Part shown: positions 23,047-34,023 of the stretch, piece after piece
How the letters are laid out: the number at the start of each line of letters is the position of its first letter
Position numbering within the stretch: position 1 is the stretch's first letter
Assembly (NCBI GenBank): GCA_964247055.1
Contig: OZ176057.1
Coordinates: 1,426,001-1,490,000, forward strand
Direction of reading: 5' to 3'
Length of the DNA: 64,000 nucleotides
Source: Paragordius varius
Taxonomy: Eukaryota; Animalia; Nematomorpha
Made by a program: the position numbers and the translations under genes
The notes under the pieces: generated by a model
What the model saw: only the letters and a program-made list of their open reading frames with translations
The model's database searches: none
Told to the model about the DNA's origin: nothing

Positions 23047-26000
23047 ATGAGCCAAGCGTTGGACATTTCAAAACTGATTTTGGAGCCTTTTAAGGAACCG
23101 ATGAATTTTACGCAATATATACGTCACATCAGGAGAGTCTTAAATTCCAAAAATATCGAATCCAATGACACCACAATGAAACGCACTTTTCTCGCTTTCG
23201 GCGGTATTCAAGTAATAATGAAAATCGAAACGTTAGCATTCCCAAAACTCATAGATGACATGGAATGGGAGGAAATTGCAACCTTGGCCACTCAGATATA
23301 TTCACCAATCAGCAGCCTATGGTTAAATCGAGTTGAATTCTACCGATTAAAAAAAATGCCAGATGAATCAGTCATGGATTTCCTGGAACGTCTGAAAGCA
23401 AAGTGTGAAGCCGGGAAATTTGAAGGGGATATTCAGTCAAAATTACGCGATTTATTCCTGGTAGGTCTTGAAAATCCCAGAGTAGAACGCGAAATTCAAT
23501 CCAAATATCCAGATGGCAAAAAGGACGGGGGTCCGGTAACCCTTCAAGCGATTGTAGACATCGCTTATTCCTATGAATTAGAAGATAAAAAACAACATCA
23601 GAGATAATAATGATATGAACAATGATAATACCAGTGAACTTCCTTCAAGTATCCAACCAGTTGTTAATGATAATAATACAATCAATCAAATAACCCGAAA
23701 GCTATGTAGTAATTGTGGGTATCGACATGGTTCCGCCACCTGTCCGGCAAAAGGAAAACGGTGTTTCAATTGCGACAAATGGAATCATTTCAGCACAGTA
23801 TGCAAGGCAACGTTCCGACGGCCGTCAATCCGCACCATGACTAGCCCGAACAACACCCCCCGGATTCAGGTATTAATAAATAATATACCAACAATATTTA
23901 TCTACGATACGGGCGCCGAGGTATCCGTTATTGGCAAGCGCACTTGGGTAAATATTGGTGGACCTCGTTTGCTCCCAGCTCCAAATTTGCGAACCTACAA
24001 TCATGGCCCGATAGAAGTACTCGGAAAATCGATGATTTCAGTGGTTTTGAACGAAGAGGAGAAGTGCTTGCCCTGCGTGGTGACGCAAACTAACCCGCCA
24101 GCCGTGTTCGGGATGAATTGGATGCGAACGTTTCGGTTAGAATTCCCAAAAAATGTTTTTTCAGTTTTACATACGCAAGCACCTAATAATAAAATGTTTA
24201 TTTTGACAAATTGTTTTCAGACGAGTTAGGTACTTTCAAGGGGCCCCCAATAAAATTATTTATCGACCCCGGGGCCAAACCTAAAGTTTTTCCTTGTCGT
24301 AGGGTACCTTTAACTCTAAAACCTTTAGTAGAAAATGAAATTGATAGATTAGTTAAACTCAAAATACTCCGACCTATTGATCCGACCCAAACCCCAATAA
24401 CATGGGCCTCTCCCACAGTAAATATAATTAAAGGAAATGGAGAAATTAGGATATGTGCCGATTTCCGAATTAGTATCAACCGTTATTTAGCAAAGGATTC
24501 TCATCTGATACCTACTTTTGACGAGTTGGCCACCAAAGTGGCAAATGGGATAATTTTTTCCACTTTAGACCTGAAAGATGCTTACTTACAATTTCCGATA
24601 GACCGGGCGTCACAGACGCTAGTAACCATCACAACTCACAAAGGGTTTTATGCTTACCAACGACTTCCATTCGGATTAACTTCAGCACCTATGATCTTTC
24701 AAAGATGCATGGACAATCTTTTAAAGGACATACCTGGTATTTGTGTGTACCTGGATGATGTCTTAATTTCCGGAGCTACCAGGGAGGAACATGATCAAAG
24801 ATTAAGGGAAGTATTTAGAAGGTTACAAGAGGCGGGATTACGATTGCGCCGAGACAAATTGCAAATTGGTATCTCACGAGTCAAATACATGGGGTACGTG
24901 ATTTCTGACAAAGGTATTGAGCCGTCCAATGAAAAATTAGAGGCCATTAAAAATTGTCCGACACCTACAAACAAAACTGAGCTACGTTCGTTCTTAGGCT
25001 TAATAAATTTTCATGAGCGGTTTATACCAAACTGTCACCCACACCTAGCAACCTTACACAAGTTAAGTGGAAAGAATACACCTTGGCGGTGGACCCCGGC
25101 AGATGATAGTGAATTCGCGAAAGCAAAAAGCTTGCTAACCAGGCCCCCCGCTTTAATGCCATTTAATGACCGTTTTCCCTTGTTGATCGAAACAGATGCT
25201 TCCAACAAGGGGTTTGGGGCAATACTGTTTCATAAGACCCCACAGGGGAAACGCCCAATTTTTTACGCGTCACAAACTTGTTCAATAGCAGAAAAGGGTT
25301 ATTCCACGATCGAAAAAGAGGCCAAGGCCATAGTGTTTGCCCTAAAAAATTTAAATACTTTATATATGGAGAACCTTTCGAGATATATACAGATCATAAA
25401 CCGCTGGTGTCACTATTTGGGCGGAAGAGAGACATCAACAACATTAATAATAGCAAACTGCTCAGGTGGATATCGAAGACCATCGAGTACGAGTATGAAA
25501 TATTTTACAAGAAAGGGGAAGAAAACTTAGCCGACGCGTTGTCGAGACTTCCCATAGAGCATAGCCAACCAGATGATGAAGATGACGCGGCCACCAAGCA
25601 GGTACGATTTTTGGCTCTAAAAACGCTGGATGTAAATAAGAAAGTGGTCGAAGAGGCAACGATCACTGACCAACGGTTATCAAAAGTTAAAAATTCTCTC
25701 AGGACAAACAGTTGGATCGACGAAGATCTGAAACCTTTTTTAAAACATAAAAACGACTTGGAGTGTTGTTATAATCTGTTATACCTGAATGATCGCTTAG
25801 TGATACCACAAGCGATGCAGGAAACGATATTGAAACTTCTGCATACGGGACACAGCGGGCTAAAAACAATGAAAGCCCAAGCCCGGTGTTCGGTATTTTG
25901 GCCCGAATTAGACACCGATCTAGCGAATTATGTGGAAAGGTGCGAGGCTTGCCAAACCTATCGACCTAACGCACCTGAAAATCTTCCCTATCGATGGAAT

Positions 26001-26970
26001 TTTAACACTTTGACATGGGAAAGGTTACATATAGATGTTGCTGGACCGGTGGACGGATATTATTGGTTAGTGACTATCGATAGCGCCTCACGGTGGGTAG
26101 AGATAGATCTTCTTAAATCAATAACGAGTCAAAGCGTTTTAAATTGTATGGAAAAACACATCGCACGATTTGGTTTTCCCCGCCAAATTGTGACCGATAA
26201 CGCCACGTATTTTACTTCAAGAGAATTTACGACTCTCCTAAATCATATGAATATAAAGCACATCTGTGCAGCACCCTATCACCCCAAAACAAACGGTCTA
26301 GTAGAGAGAGTAATAAAGACATTAAAAACGAAATACGCCGCTACTAAGACCCAACAAATGCATACATATGAAGCTATCAACACGGTCCTTTATTCGTATC
26401 GAACTAGCATGCATTCTTCGCTAAAAGAAACGCCTTCCGCCATATTCCTAAAACGGCGTGTACACAATCCTATCTCTTGGGTAAAAACAACCCCTGTCGA
26501 ATTTATAGAGCACGAAAATGAACCGAGACGCGAATTCCAACAAGACGATCCTGTCTATATTAAAAATGAAATGGCCGTAGGCTGGCGGCCAGGTCATATT
26601 CTGGAGAGGGTTACTCTCGTATGAAGTGCAAGATGAGGAAGGGATTCGAAAACGTAAACATGCAGATCAGTTACGACGTAGGTCAGGAGGGAATTCATAC
26701 GAAACTAATCCCTTAATAGAGCATAAATATCCCAGCGTCGAAAGTGTCCCGGGTCATGTCGAGGGAGCCCACTCCGAACAAACCTTCCATCCCACCTCGG
26801 AATCTCAAATAGTCCATGCCCCAACTCCTGCTACCTCATGGCAAGACGTAGCCCCAGAATCGCTGACGCCTGTAGAGGCCACACCCGACGTGGTAAAGGA
26901 GGTTTCTGACCTACCCGAGCGTAGATATCCGCTAAGAAGACGGCAGCCTCCCGATCGTTTAAACTTATAG
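23047..26970 (+). CDS. gag-pol: gag-pol polyprotein split by four single-base frameshifts
   Basis: Gag; Cys/His knuckles CSNCGYRH..CPAKGKRCFNCDKWNHFSTVC; protease YDTGAE; RT LDLKDAY and YLDD; RNase H ETDAS; integrase H-H-C-C, HIDVAG, VTDNA, NGLVER; C-terminal RHADQLR-like and RRYPLR motifs. No substitution-type stops seen. Confidence 0.92.
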
Positions 26971-27008
26971 GTATAATGTACGAACACGACAGCCCCCGTG
27001 GTTAACTT

Positions 27009-27018
27009 AGGGGGAGAG
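27009..27018 (+). promoter_or_regulatory. Polypurine tract
   Basis: AGGGGGAGAG, 3 nt before the 3' LTR. Confidence 0.85.
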
Positions 27019-27021
27019 TAA

Positions 27022-27288
27022 TGTAAGGTTATAATATTCTATTTTGTTAACATACTCAATTCATGTTGCATCAGTTATTTTGTATTTGAATATTATATAT
27101 ATATTTCATGTTAAAGCTTATCTTATGTTGAGACTAACCATTGTGTAACGTCTACGCAAATAAGGCATGCACACATAAAAAGAACTTGTGATACAATAGC
27201 TACTCACTTTTTTATTTTGGTTTTCTTTTTATCGCTCAACTCTATTTTAATATACCATATTGCTATACGTGAATAAATCAAATTTACA
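27022..27288 (+). repeat. 3' LTR (267 bp)
   Basis: TGTAAGG...ATTTACA; about 10 substitutions versus the 5' LTR (manual count). Confidence 0.95.
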
Positions 27289-28310
27289 CCATATAATCTA
27301 TTGATTAGTTGAATTTGGCCTGTCGTGCTTCCAATCAAATATTCACTCCAGACATCGTCGAAACGCCATTTTACATGGCCTACCGCATGCTCTGTCGAGA
27401 CTCTTATGATTGCAAAGTGGACATTTGGCCCTTTGGGATAATAATAATGAAACTAGTTGAAGGAAACCCTCCATACGCTGACATGGAGTGGAGCCAGGTA
27501 ATTATATTACTTAAAACTTAATTTTTCTACCTTCATTTTTTGTAAGGTCCTACAGATTATCGTCGAAACAGGGACCCCGACCCTGCCGAAATCTATTTCG
27601 AGAGCTTTCACCGATTTTTTACAAAATTCATTGCGCAAAGAGGCCACCGATCGATGGTAGGCCAATGACTTGCTGCGGGTATACCTATCTCCTAGATTTA
27701 TTAATTCACAGGGCTACCAATTATATATGTTTTACGCTAAAATATATAACCAAATACTTTTTTGGTAGCACCCTTTAACAAGCATGGACACCGAATTTTC
27801 AAAGGCATATAGTTCATTACATCACAGCTAAAAGTCAACGCCCAATCTGTCAACTCACTCCGCCAAAGTATGAATCGAATTACAAACCACTTTGATAAAA
27901 AATGCATTTTCAATATACATCTCAGTAGATCTAGTAGTATGGAATTTTCTCCTGGTAATACTTGAGCAATGAATTGAAGTTTTTATATTGATTTTTGTAT
28001 CATAAACAATGGTCAAATGGATTATAACTAAGAAATCCTTAACGCACGAATACATTTTGTATGAGCGTCCCTTTTTTGTCGTGTTGGATATTAAACAATC
28101 GTTTTTAAAACACGCCTAAACAAATAATCCAGAAAAAAACAGATTTTGGTTGAATTCATATAATATGGATCAAGCTGGCTTTTTTTCTTAAAATTGGCAA
28201 TACTCCAAATAAACTGAAAGGCCTCTTCCCTTATATGCATCATTGTCAATGCTCTAAGCATCCAAAAAACTGCAAAAATCACATTATTTAAACCATAATA
28301 ATAATAATAT

Positions 28311-28588
28311 TTTCTACAATCTAAAAAACTGCCATCTGTCCTTATATACCACAATGCTACAATTTTTAATTAACAACCACCGGTATGATTTTTTACAATC
28401 TAAAAAACCGCCAAATTTGTCCTTTTACCCACAACATTGCTCTACAATATTTAATTAACAACCGCCGGTATGGTTTTTTACAATCTACAAATCCGCCAAA
28501 TACATCCCATAATATTGCTTTCCAACCAAACAACCGCCGCTCTCTTAATTTCAAATAATATTTTATACAATCTAAAAAACCGCCAAAA
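28311..28588 (+). repeat. Tandem repeat, ~4 degenerate units of ~80-90 bp
   Basis: Recurring tacaatctaaaaaaccgcca...aattaacaaccgccgg; a shorter version occurs at ~59910-60030. Confidence 0.7.
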
Positions 28589-29677
28589 TGTTAATGATTA
28601 ATTAAAAAACTATTTTGGAATTTTAAATGGTAATAAATCTGATATCCATAAATGATCGTAGCATATATTTTTAAATGTTTTTAGAGTTATACTTTTTAGG
28701 AAGCTGTAACACTTTAATTTTCAATACTTTGCACTGATAATTGTTATCTTACCTTAGGATAATTATATATTTTTTTCACATTTTTTAAAAAATGGTTTAA
28801 GCACGTATGATAAAATTGAATAATAAAATTTGTTACTTCTACAGCATTAATGATATATCGAGTTAAAAATAAAAAACATAGATTAACTTGTAGTGTATAA
28901 ATAAATTATGAGGCATTTCAACTGAAATCGTTACGATACCTGATTCCTAACACCAGTGAAATTACTATTATAATCCATAATATATATATATATTCAAGGT
29001 TTAACAGTATATTTTTTTAATATTAAAGAGATTAATTAATTAAGTTTTACTTTTTTAGAATTCTACTAACGCTAACCTATATCGTGATCGCTTAATTGAT
29101 TATCAACGATATTGGAAAATTGTGTAAAATAGTATTGGGAATAATCTTTTGGCAATCCTGGAAAATAAATTTGGCTAAGTAATTATATTCAGTTAAAAAT
29201 AGATGAACTAAATATAATCATCACAAAATAATAAGATTAATCCTTAAAGTTATATATTAATTTATGTCTAAATATAACCACAAATATTGTATTCTTGATT
29301 GCGTGTTACTAAATACATCGATTAAACATTAGCGAAGAAATCATTTTACAAATTCTATTGTTTGTATGGTCATTGGTATTACTATAAACGAATTAGCGAA
29401 TACATTTTATAATTTTTTCGATTTATATTACAGATATAAATAAATTAAAATTATTATTAGAAATTTAAAGTTACTATTGTTAACGAGGGATTATTTTTCA
29501 TAGAAAACATTTTGAAAATAGCTTAAATTTTGGACATGTTTTTAAGGGAGCAATCAATTTAGGATACTTTCTATTGCTGTTCGTCCAAAAATTTCATTCT
29601 CTTAGTATCCACCAAATATGAATAGTCTAAATTAGATTATTTATAAACAATTTATAACATTAATAAAAGGTCTAATT

Positions 29678-29919
29678 CAGGGGATCCAACACGCGGCCTG
29701 CGAAGGAAATCCATAATTTACAAACACAAAAACTTAGTAAAATTGATGTATTCTAAACAATATTTTTCTCGGCAACGATATAGAAAAAATGTTTATAATG
29801 TTTGCATTTAAGTCCGATGTTCGGAATCTTTTAAACTGTTTTAGATGGCCATATATGGCCCCTCATTGTTTCTGAGAAAATAATGCGGCCCGCGAAACCA
29901 TTTATGTTGAATACCCCTG
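29678..29919. mobile_element. hAT-type MITE
   Basis: TIR CAGGGGATCCAAC / GTTGAATACCCCTG; flanks gtctaatt / gactaata (6/8, degenerate 8-bp TSD); gcggccc subterminal motifs. Confidence 0.75.
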
Positions 29920-30989
29920 GACTAATAGATAATGAATTATATACCATTTACAATTCAAATTCACCCTAAAATAAATTAAGTGTTTTCGGGCTAATTAACT
30001 TATCATTAATATGAAATAAATTTTTACTACATAGTTTATTATTTTTTCAGCATTATAATTTTAAACAAAAAATAAAGGTAATTTTTAATGTTTAAAAACA
30101 CATAATTTATTTTAGGGTAAATTTGAATTATCCGAGGATGAATTTGAATTGTTCAAGGGTGAATAATATTGTAAATGTTATATTAAATAGTTAACAAAAT
30201 AATTTTATTTATATTTTTGTGTCTGATAACTTTCAGACTCCTAATCCAATTTTCTTGCTTATCTTAGCTCCTTTAATATTAAATTTTTTTCCACATGAAA
30301 GTAAGACATGGCTTAAAAAACTTGCAAGTCTAGTTAAAAGTTTGTTATTACCCCACCCTTTATGTAAGCTTCAAAGGTCTCATATTTTTCTATCTCCTAA
30401 AATGGGGTAGTTTTATTAAAATTTGCGCAAAAATGCCCAGATATTATTATAAGATTTTGCTCTTTATGGCATGAAAAGGTTAATTTTGAGAAGATGCTTA
30501 CATAGGTTAAAAATTAAATTTAATTTGAAACGTACTTAATGGACACGATATAAAAACGGTATAAAAAAATAAACACCCTTTTATATAATACGAGTTCACC
30601 AAAATAAATATATTTTATATAGAGATATTGATGGGAAAATGTATCAGGTTAAGGCGCTTTATGGCCCTTACGATTTATTTAAGAAAGTTATTAAGACTTT
30701 TTTGGTAACTAATCCATATCAAAAAATGATATAATTTATTCTTTAGTAAGATAAATTTTTTTGGTGAAAGTTAAATGTTAAAAAAATATAACTAATTTTA
30801 TATTACACTACATAAAAAAAGCAAAACTATAACTTTAAATTTTTAATGTTACATGAGACCGAATGTTACAAATCACCATATAAATTAAAGGCAGCTGAGA
30901 TCGCGCATATAAATTTTATATGTTAAATTTTGTCAAAAAATATTTCGCTTAATATTTTAATTTATGGAAAAATATTGGTAAAGTCAGTT

Positions 30990-31170
30990 TAGTGGTACTC
31001 AAACCGCCACTCGCGGGCCGCATGCGGCCCTAAGAGTGCTTTAAAATTGCCTTTTGATTATATTGATACTGAATTATTTTAATTGATGAATTTAAATTCA
31101 CATAAACAAATATTCGCAGATTATTTTGGTAATTTTTATTGACCCAATTTGAAATGTAGAAAAATTTGCC
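30990..31170 (+). mobile_element. hAT-type left-end fragment (related fragment 41811-~42000)
   Basis: (t/c)agtggtactcaa(a)c...gcatgcggccctaagagtgcttt shared by both loci; no right end found. Confidence 0.55.
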
Positions 31171-32448
31171 TACAATAAAATGATTTCAAAATTTCACACG
31201 TTGTTTTTGTTTCTGATTCTATTCTTTTCTATTTTAAAATTTTTATTGCATTCCTTTTTTGTATTTAAGCAAGCCTTTCGCCCAAACTTGCATATACATA
31301 TTTTTTTCACTGTCCTGCATCATTTTTTATAACTCATTCCCATAAAGTATTTTTTAAATCAACATCATTTAATTTCGACCTGTTTTTTTAGCGTAATTCA
31401 AATTATATTCTTGTTTTTTTAAAAAAAATAAATCATAGATAATGATGACATCTGATGCTAAAAAACGTAAATTATACGATGAAAAGCGCTCCTTTAAAAA
31501 GAATGAAAGGAAAAATCTTTGCCGTTTTAAATAAAAATATTGTACCTGCCTTTGTAAGGACAAAATAAATTATAAATATTACACAAAATTGAAAGACATT
31601 TTACAATCTATCATTCTCATAAATTACCAGAAAATCATGAGGAAAGAAAAGAAAAATATAAAAAGTATAAGGATTATACGAGAAAGGAAAATCTATTTCC
31701 ATAGCTTTCTCCCAGAAAGCTGTAACATTAGATTCGTATGAAATTTGCTATATTTTAGGAGAAAATATGGAACCGTTTACTGCCCAACTAATAAAAGAAT
31801 GTCTAATAAATAATTAGCACTTTTTATGAAAAAATTCTGCACAGATCTCTCTCTCTATGATAAAAATAACAAAGAATTTAATCCTCTTTAAAAAAAACAT
31901 AATTTGCAAAATATTTTAGATTGGCCTATTTTTAATTGGTTACTATTTTATTTTCTGCTTGCATTATACATAAAATTTAGGATTGAAGCCTTTCGCGCAA
32001 TGGCGAAACTATATATCTTCGCCCCACCGTAAGATTCAGGCTAATGGCCCTTCACTCAGGGCTTTCGCAAAAAGAAGTGACTCAAAATTTAAAATTAACA
32101 ACATTAATTTATCATATTTTAATATTGATCAGGTTTAGAAAGTTCATTTTTTGTTTTAATTATCAAACGGAAAATTTTATAAAAATTGTATTCCCGTAAC
32201 ATATTATTTAAAATTTATTATATATATCATATGATTTCGAAATAATCTATTTTCATATTTAAAAATGCAGAGTTTTTTGCGTTTTCTATACTTATTAGGT
32301 GGAAGGTATGATGTTTCTTAATTTTTTTTAAAATTTAATTTTTATTAGTTGTCCTATTTTCATAAACAAATTTGAAATATTTTGTTGAAGATTTTAAACT
32401 ATTATGAGCATGATGTAAACGGTATAACGCTTTAAGATATATGAAAAG

Positions 32449-33177
32449 CAGGGCTTAGAACCAGAACCCGGTTCCTGGGATTTTAACAAGAACCGGTTCC
32501 ATTTAGATGAAACCAACCCGGTTTCGGTTCCACCCACTTAATTACTGGTACCCATATCATTTTTTATTTTATATATTTATTTTATTAAATTTGATTGTAC
32601 CACTACATATTAAGTACTTCAAACCTAAAACTAAGCATATTATATTAGCGATACCCTCTGGATTTAGGCGATTCGGCTCTTCTAAAAAAAACTAATTGTC
32701 ATAACTCAAGTTTATTTATAATACACATGTTAGTATATATTGATCTCGGTTGAAAGGAGTTTTTTATCCCTTAATTTATTTTCACACTTGAGAAGCAGTT
32801 TGACCAGCAAATTGCTTAGTGCAAAAATTTATGCCATACTTAATTTAACACTCATATATACCTTTGTACTTATACATTTTCCTATTATATTTTATAATCT
32901 GTTTAATTTTTTATGCTACACTGTATTTCTTTTTGGCAATTTATAATAAATAGTTTGATTTATAATTGTTAATATTTTGATTGTATTATTATTATAATAA
33001 TTTTGTTAGAAAAGCATTTAATCAAAAGTCAGGAACGGAAAATGGAGCCGGTTTTAAATGTAAAGAACCGGTTTCGTAACCGCTAAATTTTTAAAAAAAC
33101 CAACGCGGTTCCGGTTCTATTTTTTCAGGAACTACCTTGGTTCCGGTTCTACTTTTTTGAACTCGTTCCAAGCCCTG
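32449..33177 (+). mobile_element. Non-autonomous hAT element retaining a transposase C-terminal (dimerization domain) remnant
   Basis: TIR CAGGGCTTAGAAC / GTTCCAAGCCCTG; GAACCGG subterminal repeats; flanks atgaaaag / attaaaac; internal peptides IILAIPSG and SVERSFLSLNLFSHLRSSL. Confidence 0.8.
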
Positions 33178-33755
33178 ATTAAAACCCTTTTTCTAAATAA
33201 TTCTATGATGAAATTAGCATTATCAAATTTTATATATAAAGTGTTATAACATCTCAACCGTTAATATCATTTCCATCATGCTTAAAATAGTAAGAAGTAT
33301 GCTTTAACAAAATTTTGCTAAAACTTAAATTTAAAGTAAGCATTTTTTAAAAAATATAGTTACTTGATATCAAAATTTAGCATATATTTAAAATTATTGC
33401 AAGTCGGAATTTCGCGTTTATTTTAAGAGAAGAGTCCATATTAAAAGCGCCAAAAAATTTGGGACTTTCCGAGCCCACATCTAAAAATTTAAAAATATTA
33501 TTTTGCTTTTTATATGTAGTTTATGCATATTTTAGTGATATTTTTTGAAATAAAGCATTTAACATTCATCAAAAAATATATTTATTAAAATTGCGCACCT
33601 TTTGCAATTATATACAGAGCACTTACCATAAAAGTGTAAATAACCTTCTTTAAAACTCGTAAAGGTTAAAACCAAAAGCACCATGATAATCCTATTATTT
33701 TCCTATCAGAATATAATATATATATTCCATCAGGATATTTTTTGTGCAAACTGTG

Positions 33756-34012
33756 TGATATGTAGTTGATACTACAACATTGGATCATTGTATTTTTATC
33801 TTACATCATATTATTATATTAATCGCGTTTGGCGTTTATGTTCGTGCGTCATTATTCGTGGAATTCTCATATGTATATTCGTAGAATAAAAGACATATTC
33901 TTACAATTGTGACGCACATGCATGTTAAAATTATCACTAATAAAAAAGTATAAATATCACGAAATTTTTAATAAATTATCATTGTTTTGTATTTTCACCA
34001 AGATTCATATTA
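33756..34012 (+). repeat. 5' LTR (257 bp)
   Basis: TGATATG...CATATTA; matches 37711-37956 apart from ~7 substitutions and an 11-bp indel. Confidence 0.93.
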
Positions 34013-34014
34013 TT

Positions 34015-34023
34015 TGGCGACGA
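34015..34023 (+). promoter_or_regulatory. Primer-binding site, best match tRNA-Ser(GCU) 3' end
   Basis: TGGCGACGA, 2 nt after the LTR; metazoan tRNA-Ser(GCU) ends ...CCTCGTCGCCA. Confidence 0.65.

Larger units (their letters stand above)
22758..27288 (+). mobile_element. Ty3/gypsy LTR retrotransposon (Mag-like, no env), near intact
   Basis: 267-bp TG...CA LTRs, PBS, PPT and gag-PR-RT-RH-IN order. Confidence 0.97.
20605..27831 (+). pseudogene. STE20/PAK-like Ser/Thr kinase pseudogene, copy 1, interrupted by an LTR retrotransposon
   Basis: Exons 20605-20650 (..IGKG), 21318-~21506 (GVGSV..IAIKK..LKHPNIV), 21588-21676, 22430-22529 ([13 protein letters not shown]), 22699-22757 / 27309-27497 (EFG..ETPFYMA..KVDIWPFG..LVEGNPPY), 27547-27678, 27769-. 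Lesions: frameshifts, DFG>EFG, APE>AYR, TAG at 27658. Confidence 0.88.

Noticed and set aside
23590-23612. Programmed ribosomal frameshift or readthrough between gag and pol
   Set aside because: The shift needed is +1, the A-run is not in the X XXY YYZ register, and similar single-base breaks recur elsewhere in pol; an indel is simpler.
30219-30410. Minus-strand GWGNNKLLTRLAS resembling the Y-family polymerase NKLLAKLAS motif
   Set aside because: Isolated 43-codon frame with no flanking polymerase motifs or convincing exon structure.
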